64,000 bases of DNA. It comes from Octopus sinensis (taxonomy: Eukaryota). The position numbers and the translations under genes were made by a program. The notes beneath the pieces were generated by a model that did no database searches, was not told the DNA's origin, and worked only from the letters and a program-made list of their open reading frames with translations. Shown here piece after piece: positions 51,926 through 64,000 of this stretch (the stretch's first letter is position 1; the number at the start of each line of letters is the position of its first letter). Where the stretch lies: positions 124,001-188,000 of the forward strand of contig NW_021832432.1 of the NCBI RefSeq assembly GCF_006345805.1, given 5' to 3'.

Positions 51926-52766
51926 TCAACAACAACAACAAAAATAATCCTTTCTACTAAAGGCACAAACCCTGAAATTTGTGGGGAGGGGACTAGTTGA
52001 TTACATTGACCCCAGTGTTTCATTGGTACTTAATTTATCAACTCCCAAAAGGATAAAAGGTAAAATTGACCTCAGTGGAAATTGAACTCAGAATGTAGCG
52101 ACAGACAAAATACTGCTAAACATTTCACCTGGCTGGCTATCGATTCTACCAGCTCGCCACCTTATTAATAATAATAATAACAACAACAACAACAGCCGCC
52201 GCTGCTACCACCAGCACCACCACCACCACCACCACCATTTCTACTATAGGCGCAAGGCCTGAAGTTTTTTGGGAGAAGGGTTAAGTACTCCACTGGTACT
52301 TAATTTATCAACCCTGAAAGGATGAAAAGCAAAGTCAACCTCAGCGGAATAATAATAATAATAATAATAATAACAATTTTCACCTTTCCTCTCTTTAATC
52401 AACAATCTCACAAAATATATTTGATAAATGCGTCATCCTCATCTTTCCTTTCTTTAATCAATTATCTCATGTATACATATGCTTTCAGATATTTCTCTCA
52501 AAACTAATGATCACTCATTATATATTTCACACTATGTAAAACATGAAAAAGATGTATCCTGAATTCTAAGCTTAATAATTTAGTACTTTAGCTAAATCAG
52601 AGAAGTAACAAGGTTTAATGGAAGCAGTGAAGAGTGATATGAAATTAGATTCAGCTTATTCTCTGTTGTGTAATATGTTTTCTTTATTAGCCACAAAGGG
52701 TTTTATAAAAAAATCATTGGGATGTACAAGACTCTAATCAGGTTAAGGTTATCCTCTGGTGTTTAA

Positions 52767-53213
52767 TCCCTAATAATAAATGCAAAACTCTGTCTGTCCA
52801 TCTGGGACCCCTGTATTTTCATCTACATTTGCTCTACATAGACATATTATACCATATTGGAATCAGGATGATGCCCGGATTGAAAATCTGTCCTTTATTC
52901 TGTTCTTGAACATCCAGCATTGGGATCTGATTTTAAAGCTTTTGGGTTGCTATTTCTAGCAGGTAAAGCTTGGCTGATTCTGCCATCATGCTTGGTGTTG
53001 TCAGATGATGTTAGAGATCAAGGGGAAGAGAAATGACATTTGCTTTGTTAATTTTATGTCGCGATAAGAACTTTGGGACAAATTGGTTAACAGTTGGAAT
53101 TTAACTTGGGACTGGAACAATAGAATGATTGCATTGCAGAATTAATTCTCATCTGTCCTTAACCTCTGATCAAACATCACCAAGGCACATAGTCATTATA
53201 GACATATTATAGT
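52767..53213 (+). mobile_element. Second copy of the Helitron-like repeat
   Basis: Colinear with 27035-27905 minus the SINE. Confidence 0.65.
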
Positions 53214-53535
53214 AAGGGTATTCTTCTCTATTTAGTTTTGGGCCTCAGGCCTGATTAGCCCTCCACAAAAGCTTAAAAAGTCTGCATGGAATGCGGATTT
53301 TAAGCTAGTATGTCATAAATTTCAGATTATTTAACTCTTTATCCAATTTAACATCACCACCTGGTTCATGCATGGCTTTAGCAGAATCCATTCTGTTGCA
53401 AGCTTTTGAGGCCAGGTGTTTGGTCTGAAGGTCATTTCTTCCTTTCAGCCTCAAATGTCCTAAAAAGAAGCACAGACATTGCCCATCTTCCTCTGACTTG
53501 TATAGCCAATCATCACCCATGAGCATGTATTGCTT

Positions 53536-53950
53536 GGTAACATCTTTCATGCTGTTACTAATTATTTCAGGTGTAAAGTCTTGGTAACATCTACCATGCT
53601 GCTGTTAATTGATTCTGCTGTAGAGTCTTGGTAACATCTACCATGTTGCTAATTGTTTTAGGTGTGAAGTCTTAGCGACATCTATCATTCTATTGCTAAC
53701 TATTTTCAAGTTGTAAACTGACATCAGATACTATCTGAGCTTGCTCAACCTCACCCAAGTGAAGCTTGTATGGTTTGGTAACATCTTTCATGCCGTTGCT
53801 AATTATTTCAGGTATAAAATCATGGTAACATCTTCCAAGCTGTTGCTAATTGTTTTAGGTATAAAGTCTTGATAACACCTACCATGCTATTGCTGTTTTC
53901 AAGTTGTAAGCAGACATCAGACATTCTCTCAGCTCACTCAACCTTACCCC
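53536..53950. repeat. 44-47-bp minisatellite with a higher-order repeat
   Basis: GGTAACATCTWYCATGC... units: 4 + spacer, then 3 + spacer. Confidence 0.88.
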
Positions 53951-54019
53951 CAGTGGAACACCTGAGGATGTGACTGCTGGAGGGAGAGACGGTTGCACCA
54001 GCACTTGTTTGATATTCAT

Positions 54020-54170
54020 TACAGCTGAGTAGACTGGAGCAACTGAAAATGAAGTACTTTGTTGAAGGGCAAAAACATACCACCCATCCAGGATTTGAAC
54101 CCACAGCCTTTATTATCTGATCATGATACTGTAACTCTCGGGCCAATCACATTCACTTTCCTCTGACTAA
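54020..54170 (-). mobile_element. SINE C-related 5' part
   Basis: CAGCTGAGTAGACTGGAGCAAC...GGATTTGAACCC. Confidence 0.65.
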
Positions 54171-54844
54171 GTCATTAAAAAAGAAAAGAGTAGAAAAAAA
54201 AAAACCAAGCCTGAAATGGTGATAGTTTGAAGTCTTTGACCCCCTCCCCCCCTCCCCGCGTACCATTTATTTGACAGAGTGCAGGTAGTAAGTCACCTGC
54301 TCCCACACAATGCAGGTATCTCACCAGTTACATTACTACCTAACCTACACTGGCTAAAACAACAGAATAAAACGAACTAAAAAAAATTACAATAACATCT
54401 GAAGTAAAAGTAATACCTGAATCTCAAATGACAATTCATGTACCACTAGGTCTGTGTTTTTTGGCGTTTTTCTATCTTTTTTTTTATTTATTTACTTCTT
54501 TTTTTTTTTAACCGATTTAGTTGCTTTAGAGCAAATTGTTGTTGTTCATGTTAGTATTTTTAGTGTTGCTAATTTTTTTTTTGCCTGCAACTGATCGAAT
54601 GAAACCAAATATTTGTGGAAGGATGATATTTTAAGACTTTGTCTAGGTTTACACGCGTGATTGCATATGCACAGACACACAGGAATGCTCACACATACAC
54701 ACACACTATGAGTACACACAATACCTGCAATGCACACACACACATGCAACTAAATGTATCAGCAATGCACATGCACACATAGATGCAAATACATATATGT
54801 CTGCACAAACAGGAATGCAAATGAATGCACACACTTATATATAT

Positions 54845-55230
54845 ACTCTTTTACTCTTTTACTTGTTTCAGTCATTTGACTGCAGCCATGCTGGAGCACC
54901 GCCTTTAGTCGAGCAAATCGATCCCGGACTTATTCTTTGTAAGCCCAGTACTTATTCTATCAGTCTCTTTTGCCGAACCGCTAAGTGATGGGGATGTAAA
55001 CACACCAGAATCGGTTGTCAAGCAATGCTAGGGGAACAAACACAGACTCACAAACATACACACATACATATATATACATATATACGACAGGCTTCTTTCA
55101 GTTTCCGTCTACCAAATCCACTCACAAGGCTTTGGTTAGCCCGAGGCTATAGCAGAAGACACTTGGGAAGTCTGAACCCTGAACCATGTGGTTGGTTAGC
55201 AAGCTACTTACCACACAGATACTCCTGCGC
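54845..55230 (-). mobile_element. SINE family A
   Basis: Reverse-complement A. Confidence 0.92.
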
Positions 55231-55242
55231 CTATATATATAT

Positions 55243-55273
<31 letters not shown>

Positions 55274-55994
55274 TTATGAATAGCAAGAGAGAGAGAGAGA
55301 GAAAAATGCATGTATACAGATACACACATATGCACTCCTATATGTACACATACACACTTGAATCAAACACATGTACACGTAAGAATTGTAAAACACAAGG
55401 ATACACAAATATAAATGCATATATGCTCATATGCAAATGCAACCCCACCCACTATCAGAAATGCACATTTACACGTGAACCCTCCCATACATTCACTCAT
55501 AAAAAATGTGCACATTCACACACAAAAGTACTGACATCTATAGAAAACAACTCAACTATACACACCATACACAAAAGAGCACACACACACACACACTCAC
55601 ACACATAATACACAAAGGATATAACCATACATGCATAAAAGCACACAAACACACATATACAAAAGCTTATGTTCATGCACACACACACACAAGCTTATAT
55701 TCAAGTATATACAAAAGCACTGACACACACCAAAACACCTGTTCACACTTACCCAAATGCATACACAGAATGTATGAATTAAAGTTACTAATTTTTTTTT
55801 TCTATCAGATTATTTATTAAACTATTAATATCGTTATTTATGCTCATCACCAATTTTAGAAGGAAGATATACTTAATTGAACCTATTCAAGTTTATTGTG
55901 GATACATTATTTCAGTCCTGAGTGATAGTAGAAAAAGGCAGCCCAGACCTGGTTTGAACTTGAAACTGGAAAATATTAATTTCTCTATCACAGG

Positions 55995-56385
55995 TATAGG
56001 CATAGCTGTGTGGTAAGAAGTTTTGCTTCCCAATCACATGGTTTCAAGTTCAGTCCCACTGTATGGTACCTTGGGCAAGTGTCTACTACTAAAGTTTTGG
56101 GCCAACTAAGACCGTGTGAGTGGAGACACAAACCGAAAGAAGCCTGTCACATGTGTATGAGTGTGTGTGTGTGTATGTTTGTCTCCTACCATTGCTTGAC
56201 AACCAGCGTTGGTGTGTTTACATCCCTGTTACTTAGCAATTTGGCAAAAGAGAGCAATTGAATAAGTACCAGGCTTAAAAAAAAATAGGACTGGGGGGGT
56301 TGATTTGTTTGACTACCTCGAAGCTGTGCCCCAGCATGGCTGTAATCTAATGACCAAATGAAACAAGTAAATGACTAAAGATATG
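55995..56385 (+). mobile_element. Older SINE A variant
   Basis: Degenerate head and tail. Confidence 0.8.
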
Positions 56386-56645
56386 ATTTAGTTGGTAGAT
56401 ATTAGATAGCGTGTGCTACTGTCGCTGGGTCAGGATGTAATATGAATACTGAAGCAGAGTGTGTCATGGATACTGGAACAGCATGTGCTATAGGTATTGG
56501 AGGAGGCACTGAAATAGGATATACTGTGGCTAGTGAAATAGGGGTGTGCTATGAGAAATGAAACAGGATGTGCGTATACTATAGAGTATACGATTCAAAG
56601 TGTGGGAATCACTGCAAAATTAATGTAATATATTTAATTGACAAT

Positions 56646-56862
56646 TAAGGCAGCAAGCTGGTAGAATTATTGGCATGCTGGACAAAAGTGCTTAGGTGGA
56701 ATTTCATCCGTCTTTAAGCTCTGAGTTCAAATCTACTGAGGTGGACTTTGCCTTTCATCCTTTTGAGGTCGATGAAATAAGTACAAGTTGGGTACCAGAG
56801 TTAATGTAATCGACTTACTCATGCTCCTGAAGTTACTGGCTTTGTGCCAAAATTTGAAATGA
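56646..56862 (+). mobile_element. SINE B monomer, degenerate
   Basis: B core. Confidence 0.8.
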
Positions 56863-57956
56863 ATATATCTAATTGACAATTAATGTATTTCAAAATTGTG
56901 TAGAAAACGGGAAATAGACAGAAATAAGGTTGAAGTACATTACGAAGATATACTGGAATATTTCTTTGTTTCTGGTAAAACTGGGTAAAAGGCCCAGGTC
57001 AATGAGACAATACTAAAATTTGTCCCTTGATTAAACGAGACAGTGAGGAAATCTCTTATGTGGTTACTCACTCTGCTAGAAATAGTAGCCATACAACCCT
57101 CAGGAAGGGGCATGTTGGATAATGTAGTCCTAAACTCCACTAAAAAGATGAGGTGGTCTCAATTCATATTAGATAATGTAGTCCTACATACCACTAAAAT
57201 GATGAGATGGTCATAAATGGAATATCCTTGATCTTTAATATCCTCAATTAGAGTTGATTTTATAGTTAAAAGAGTACCAATAATAACTGGAGTTCCAGTT
57301 TCAATTAAGAAAAAAAAACAAACAAATAAAAAACAAAAACACTAAAGCTTTCAACATTATACACAGTCCGAAGGAACTCTGCTAGGCATTGCTTACATCC
57401 TACGCAAGACATTTTCAATTCAATAGCACAACTGAAACAGTACACAAAAAGAGGTGCAGTTGTCGGATTACTGGCAGGCTAACAGAAAAAAAAAAGACTT
57501 TCTATATAACTGATGACCAGGAATAAGAGCACCCTTGAAATAAATTCTTTCAAATACTCAAGACTTCCTAGAAGTTGTTGATAGCTTCTGTTATCTAGGT
57601 GACCCATTTAGGCGTGGATGTGGGTGGGTATTCCACAAGCATGAGTAGCCAGAGAAGAATGGGGGTGGAAGAAGTTCAGGCTACTATTGTCTCTGCTGGT
57701 AATAGAAAGATACTCTTCCAAGTGAAGGCCAGATTGTAATAAGTGTGATGTTGTGTGTTCAGGAAACATTGGCATTGAATATGGAAGGCGTGAGTTGTGC
57801 AAAGGCTGGAAAAAAAACTGAGATGAGCATGCTCGTTTAAGTGTGAAATATTAGTGTACATGAATAGCAGGGCATAAGTAAGCTGGGAGAAAAACTGGGT
57901 ATAAAAGGAATTAAATGTAGTATGCAAGAGTGAAGGCAGTGCTGGTGATGAATATA

Positions 57957-58218
57957 CAGTCGTGGCTAAAAGTATGGAACATAGGTCTGAAAATTAGAAT
58001 TTTTGTATTAAATGCCCTAAGTTATATTTAATTTGCAATATATTTGCAATATAGGCACAGGAGTGGCTGTGTGGTAAGTAGCTTGTTTACCAACCACATG
58101 GTTTCAGGTTCAGTCCCACTGCGTGGCATCTTGGGCAAGTGTCTTCTACTATAGCCTCAGGCCGACCAAAGCCTTGTGAGTGGATTTGGTAGACGGAAAC
58201 TGAAAGAAGCCCGTCGTA

Positions 58219-58260
<42 letters not shown>

Positions 58261-58611
58261 TGTGTGTGTTTGTCCCCCTAGCATTGCTTGACAACCGATG
58301 CTGGTGTGTTTATGTTCCCGTTACTTAGCGGTTCGGCAAAAGACACCGATAGAATAAGTACTGGGCTTACAAAAGAATAAGTCCCGGGGTCGAGTTGCTC
58401 GATTAAAGGCGGTGCTCCAGCATGGCCGCAGTCAAATGACTGAAACAAGTAAAAGCGTAAAAGAGAGTATATTATTACAGTAATATGGTGGATATCTAAA
58501 AAAGAATTATTTTAGTTGTTTGATGCTAGTCATGTGACTTCCTGTAATTTTGTGAATTGTACATGGGCATAACAATTTTTCAAAAATGTTCCAAACTTTT
58601 GGCCATGACTG
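57957..58611. mobile_element. Tc1/mariner non-autonomous element
   Basis: TA|CAGTCGTGGCTAAAAGTATGGAAC ... GTTCCAAACTTTTGGCCATGACTG|TA (21/24). Confidence 0.9.
58052..58467 (+). mobile_element. SINE family A, close to consensus
   Basis: Complete. Confidence 0.95.
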
Positions 58612-59311
58612 TATGGAGGATGACATGTATAGAGGTGGCAAGAAATCCTAGTGGAAGAACTTGTGGAAAAGAAAGTATAAGAAGTGGTGAAGGCTGAATT
58701 CCATGACTGAGATGACAAAGGACCACAACAAGTGGTGGGTTGCCATGCCAGAGAGGATCCATCCAGTCAAGGCAAACATGGAAAAACTGACATAAAATCG
58801 ATGATATTACTGATGTTTCCAGCAATGGATCAAGGCCACAAATTTGAAGGGAAAGTATATTGTTAACTAGACCAATATTCTGTTTGACTGAAGCTTAATT
58901 TTATAGACGATGATGATAAAATCTTTTCTATTATAGGCACGCAGCCAGAATTTTGAGGGCTGGGTGGGGTGGGGTGGAGTAGTCAATTACACCGACCTCA
59001 GTACTCTACTGGTACTTATTTTATCAACCCTGAAAGAATAACGATAATCTTTTGTACTATAGGCACAAAGCCAGAAATTTGGGTGGCAGGGAGCTAGTCG
59101 ATGGCATCGACCCCCAAAACTTAACTGGCATTTATTTTATTGACCCCAAAAGAATGACAGGCATTGTCAACCTCAGTGGAATATGAATGTAAAGTTGGAT
59201 GAAATGTTGCTAAGCATTTTGTCTGGTGTGCTAAAGATTCAGTGAGATTGCTACCTTAATAATAATAATAATAATAGTAATAATAATAATAATAGTAATA
59301 ATAATAATAAC

Positions 59312-59353
<42 letters not shown>

Positions 59354-60097
59354 TTTTTGGGGTGGGATTAGTTGATTACATAAACCTCAGTGCTCAACTG
59401 GTACTTAATTTTTTTTCTACTCCAAAAGGAAAGCCTTAGTGGAATTTGAACTCTGAATGCAAAAAGAGTAAGAAGAAATGTCTGATGCTTTAATTATTGC
59501 ACCAATCCACCATCCTAATAATACTACTACCGCCAACTCCATCACAACCGTCCATAACACTCATTTCTTTATTTGCCACAAGGGTGATGAATGTGGGGGG
59601 ACATTACAAAACAGTGATATTAATGACAATAATTTTGCTTGTGTATTCTTTGTGTTTGTTATTCCTATGTGATAATGAGTAACGAAGTCTGCTATAGAAT
59701 TATTAGTGTGGAACATTCCTTCTTGTATTGTAATGTAATAACTGCCTCACACACACGCTCACATGTTTATGCACAAACACGTGTTTTTATACATATGCAA
59801 GGAAAGCGAGTTAAAGTTTTGCTTATAGGAATACCAGAATGAATATGAAAACAGTAATAATGACACATGTTTGTCTTTGCATTGATTAACAAACATGTCT
59901 CTTTCCACAAATGTATAATTAGTTTGGAACCAAGGTGTCTCACTTTTTTTTTTCTCTTTTTCTTAATAATTTATGGTTAGTATAATATAGTTCTTCACAC
60001 TGCATCTTTCTGTCTACACATACAAACATATGCACACACATGCACACATGCTTATGTATGTGTATATCTATGTATGGTGTGTGCATATATATATATA

Positions 60098-60144
<47 letters not shown>

Positions 60145-60155
60145 ATATATATATA

Positions 60156-60201
<46 letters not shown>

Positions 60202-60289
60202 TATGTGTGTGTGTGTGTGTGTTATTATTTAGGACAAACGGTAACTTGTCATTATAGTACTTCATATTATTTTATATATATGTGTGTGT

Positions 60290-60632
60290 GAAGGTACATG
60301 GCTCAGTGTTTAGAACACTGAACTTATGATCGTGAGGTTGTGAGTTTGATTCCCGGACTGGGCTGCAAGACACTTTATTTCACATTGCTCCAGTTCACTC
60401 AGCTGTAGAAATGAATTGTAACATCATTGGTGCCAAGCTGTATCGGCCCCTTTGCCTTTCCCTTGGATAACATCAGTGGCATGGAGAGGGGATGCTGGTA
60501 TGCATGGACGACTGCTGGTCTTCCATAAAAAAGCAACCCTAGGTGGTACATTCGCTGGTAAGGTGACATTCCACCCAGACTTGTACCGTGGAGGGGAACC
60601 TCTTAGATGCACCCATGGTCATTCATGACCAA
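60290..60632 (+). mobile_element. SINE family C
   Basis: TGGCTCAGTG A box, GAGTTTGATTCC B box. Confidence 0.88.
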
Positions 60633-60646
60633 CAGAGTCGAGTTTA

Positions 60647-60676
<30 letters not shown>

Positions 60677-60677
<1 letters not shown>

Positions 60678-61055
60678 GGTGCGGGAGTGGCTGTGTGGTA
60701 AGAAGCTTGCTTCCAAACCACTTGATTCTGGTGCAGTCCTCCTGCATGGCACCTTGGGCAAGTGTCTTCTACTATAACCTCGCGTTGACCAAACCCTTGT
60801 GAGTGGATTTGGTAGATGGAGACTGAAAGTAGCCCTTCATAATGTATGTGTATACATTGTGTGTTTGTGTTTGTCCTCCCACATCACTTGACAACCAATG
60901 TTTGTGTGTTTATGTCACCATAACTTAGTGGTTTGGCAAAAGAGACCAATAGAATAAGTACTAGGCTTACAAAGAATAAGTCCTGGGATCAATTTGTTCG
61001 ACTAAAGGTGGTGCCCCAGCATAACCGCAGTAAATGTCTGGAACAAGTAAAATAA
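60677..61055 (+). mobile_element. SINE family A
   Basis: Head to tail. Confidence 0.9.
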
Positions 61056-61117
61056 TATGTATATGTATGTATACACACACACATACACTTATATATTTAT
61101 GAGTGGATGTGTGTGTA

Positions 61118-61194
<77 letters not shown>

Positions 61195-61251
61195 TTAGAG
61201 ACAAAACCACTGTTATGCAAATCAGTAGGTATATTAGCAGAGCAAATTTAA

Positions 61252-61437
61252 CCCTTTAGTGTTAATTTAATGCTTTTTATCCACATTGTTTTGAACTAAC
61301 CATGCATTATCTTGTAGCTATGAGATTTTAATGAGTTAGCTGTTAATTTTTAAAACGATATTGTAGGGTTGGTGTGAGAGACCAGATCTGGCCAGTTTGG
61401 ACATAAAACAGGCAGAATACTTTTGGCCGGATAAGGG
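61252..61437. mobile_element. piggyBac-type MITE copy with an internal deletion
   Basis: TTAA|CCC...GGG|TTAA; body matches 26029-26249. Confidence 0.72.
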
Positions 61438-61961
61438 TTAACTAATTCCTCTCCATAGATTGAAATAATGATGACCAGCTTCAGTCATTCTTAGTTTGAC
61501 CAATCCCAGAGAAACAAGCAGCCAGTCTGTTTATGCACTTGCCAAATCCAGTAGCTACTGAGAATTGGAGCTACTAATTTGCATACCATATTACACACAG
61601 GTGGGTGCAGACATACATACATATGTAGATGTATATATAAATGTGCCTGCTTATATGTATAAGTAGACTCTGTGAGTGTGTGTGTGTCTATCTATCTCTC
61701 TATATATCTATATACATACTAGAGAGTGAATTCATTTCATCACTAATCAGTGTTTCACGCAGTCACACACAGAAGGTATGTTGCAGCAATCTCTCAGACA
61801 GTTCTTTCTATAATATTCCCCTGAAGGGTTTCAGCTACATGTCTTGTGAATATTATTGTAAAACTGAGTAATGCTTGAGTGAGGTCACTGAATGCCTCCC
61901 AGTAACTTGAAACTCTACTTCGTGCACAGAGCGCTCTCTTTTCTTTCCTTTGTAATTATAA

Positions 61962-61992
<31 letters not shown>

Positions 61993-61995
<3 letters not shown>

Positions 61996-62206
61996 GAGGT
62001 GGTGCTGAAAAGTTCCTTGCTTTGGGTAAAAGAAAATACAGGAGGATCTGTTAATTATGATTTTAAACAACATCCTCCCCTCTCAGATTCAGACACTTAT
62101 TGCAGCAGTCCTCCAGTTTTTCTAAGCCTTGTAATATAAAAAGAACTTGGATGGTTGAGCCCGCAACCAGGCCATTCACGATACCCTTGAAGCCAGGAAC
62201 TTTTCA
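61993..62206. mobile_element. mariner-type MITE, right TIR truncated
   Basis: GAGGTGGTGCTGAAAAGTTCCTTGCT / AGCCAGGAACTTTTCA (15/16). Confidence 0.75.
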
Positions 62207-62232
62207 TATATGCATAAATGTATATGTGTGTG

Positions 62233-62281
<49 letters not shown>

Positions 62282-62733
62282 ATATGAAACTAAAGAGAGC
62301 AAATGTAGAAACAAAAGTTGTAAAATGGCCAACGCCTGCTTCCTCTTCTGTTCAGCAGTAATAATCAGTAAATTAGTTGTTTTCTAATGTGTACCATATT
62401 AGTATATCTGTATACATGTGTAGTTGAGTTGTTGTTTAGTGTCATGTCATCCATATTCAGGGACTCCAGTGACCAAACCAGTCGCACCGCAGCTGTGACG
62501 ATTCTATTGCTTTTATTTTCCAGGGAATTAGCACTACACATTATCCAATGTGTCCCTCCTTGTTTTATGGTTATAGCTTGTAATTTGAGTGAAATTTGGT
62601 TACTACTTCTAGCAGATTGAACAACCACTTAGAAGCTCATTCATTAGCTCATATTGTAATGGATGTGCTGAAAACAATATATATATATATTTTAAGGTCC
62701 ATCTTCCATGCTGGCATGGGTTGGATATATGTA

Positions 62734-62772
<39 letters not shown>

Positions 62773-62899
62773 TATATATAAGTAAAAATTTAGATTCAGA
62801 AGAATATGGTACTTAAGTTTAATTTAGTATGGTATTATCCATACAATTTCAAAATAAAGTGATTAAAATCAAAATAAGCAACAAGGATATCCAGAGGTA

Positions 62900-62944
<45 letters not shown>

Positions 62945-63249
62945 GAAAAACCACTATTATGCAATTCAAACAATGATAGACATAAACCTATTATATATAT
63001 ATATATATATATATATGAAATGCGGAGTAGATAAAACAGGGGACAACTGATGAAAGGATTGGTCTTTATGTTGCCTGTCTTGTTTGTTTATTTGTTTCTT
63101 TCGTTGTTCGAAAAGAAGATCGTTTTCCATGTTTCCGTTTTTTTATGTTCTCATTTTTCCTTTTGTTCACATTTGTTTGACGTCCTGTCCTCACATATGC
63201 ATGTCTATATACATATATATGTAGGTATGTACATGTATGTATGTATATA

Positions 63250-63329
<80 letters not shown>

Positions 63330-63764
63330 CACACATATATATATTATTTATATTATTATATATATACACATATATATACACACATATATATATTATTTAT
63401 ATTATTATATATGTATGTGTGTGTGTGTGTGTGTATATATGTAGATATATAGTGGCCAAGTAATGAAGAATTATAATTGGTTTATTAAAAACATAGTAAA
63501 CTCGTGATGGACAATGTTCATTGAAGTTCATGAGTGTCATCTGTTTTCTAACTCCATCTGTACTATTCAGAAATGTATTGAAAACTGTTTCACTTTGATA
63601 GTCAGACACAGCAGATATTCACTGCTATTGTTGCATCTAATTTATGTTAATAGAGATAAATAGTTCTTGTAATTCTACAAACTGAATTAACTTTTAACCC
63701 CTTTTAACATCTGTAATTCAGATACTAAGGTATTTAGATGTTGTTTAACTTTTATCTTTTATGT

Positions 63765-64000
63765 GTATAGGTCGTTGGACTACAGCCATGCTGGAGCACT
63801 GCCATGAAAAGTTTAATCAAACGAACGAAATCCAGTACTTGTATTTTTTACAGTCTGGTACTTATTCTCTCAATCCTCCTTTTTTTTGTTGAACTGCTAA
63901 GTTATGGGGATGTAAGCAAATCAACACCTGTTGTCAATTAGTGTCAACTGTGTGTGGGACAGATACAAAGACACATACACACATATCCATATTTATCTGT
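63765..64000 (-). mobile_element. Older SINE A variant, runs off the window
   Basis: CAGCCATGCTGGAGCAC...CTGCTAAGTTATGGGGATGTAA. Confidence 0.8.

Larger units (their letters stand above)
57620..58810 (+). mobile_element. RTE LINE 3' fragment split by a Tc1 MITE
   Basis: EMSML...ISVHE...EKLGIKGIKCSMQE before the insert; ...EVVKAE...EMTKDH and the tail after it. Confidence 0.75.

Noticed and set aside
53305-53550. 81-aa minus-strand ORF with an internal acceptor
   Set aside because: No recognised homology; start codon lies in the minisatellite
53536-53950. CRISPR-like spacing
   Set aside because: Units are degenerate and contiguous with no unique spacers; eukaryotic context, no cas genes

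Overview
AT-rich, repeat-dominated animal DNA. The SINE, RTE and Helitron families and the (TA)n/(TG)n/(TATG)n load look like an Octopus genome; this is an inference from family resemblance, not a database match. I found no intact host protein-coding gene, no rRNA, no functional tRNA and no CRISPR array. Most ORF-track entries are microsatellite or SINE artefacts. The only recognisable coding sequence is decayed transposon protein: a hAT Buster/Charlie transposase (2.0-2.95 kb), an L1/Tx1-type ORF1 with a CCHC knuckle (3.8-5.1 kb), a hAT-Ac fragment (11.3 kb), a CR1-type RT end (16.4-17.1 kb) and several RTE-clade RT pieces. Roughly 50 SINE-like copies in about six families are present (my labels A-F), along with hAT, Tc1/mariner, piggyBac-type and Merlin-like MITEs and Helitron ends. 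Best leads: hammerhead-ribozyme-like cores, one inside a TSD-flanked tRNA-headed SINE; a near-perfect 161-bp palindrome; a SINE dimer that appears to have moved as one unit; a three-level nested insertion; and a SINE-depleted 8-kb block that may be a gene 5' region. Coordinates were read by eye: termini and TSDs quoted as sequence are accurate to a few bases, other boundaries are approximate.
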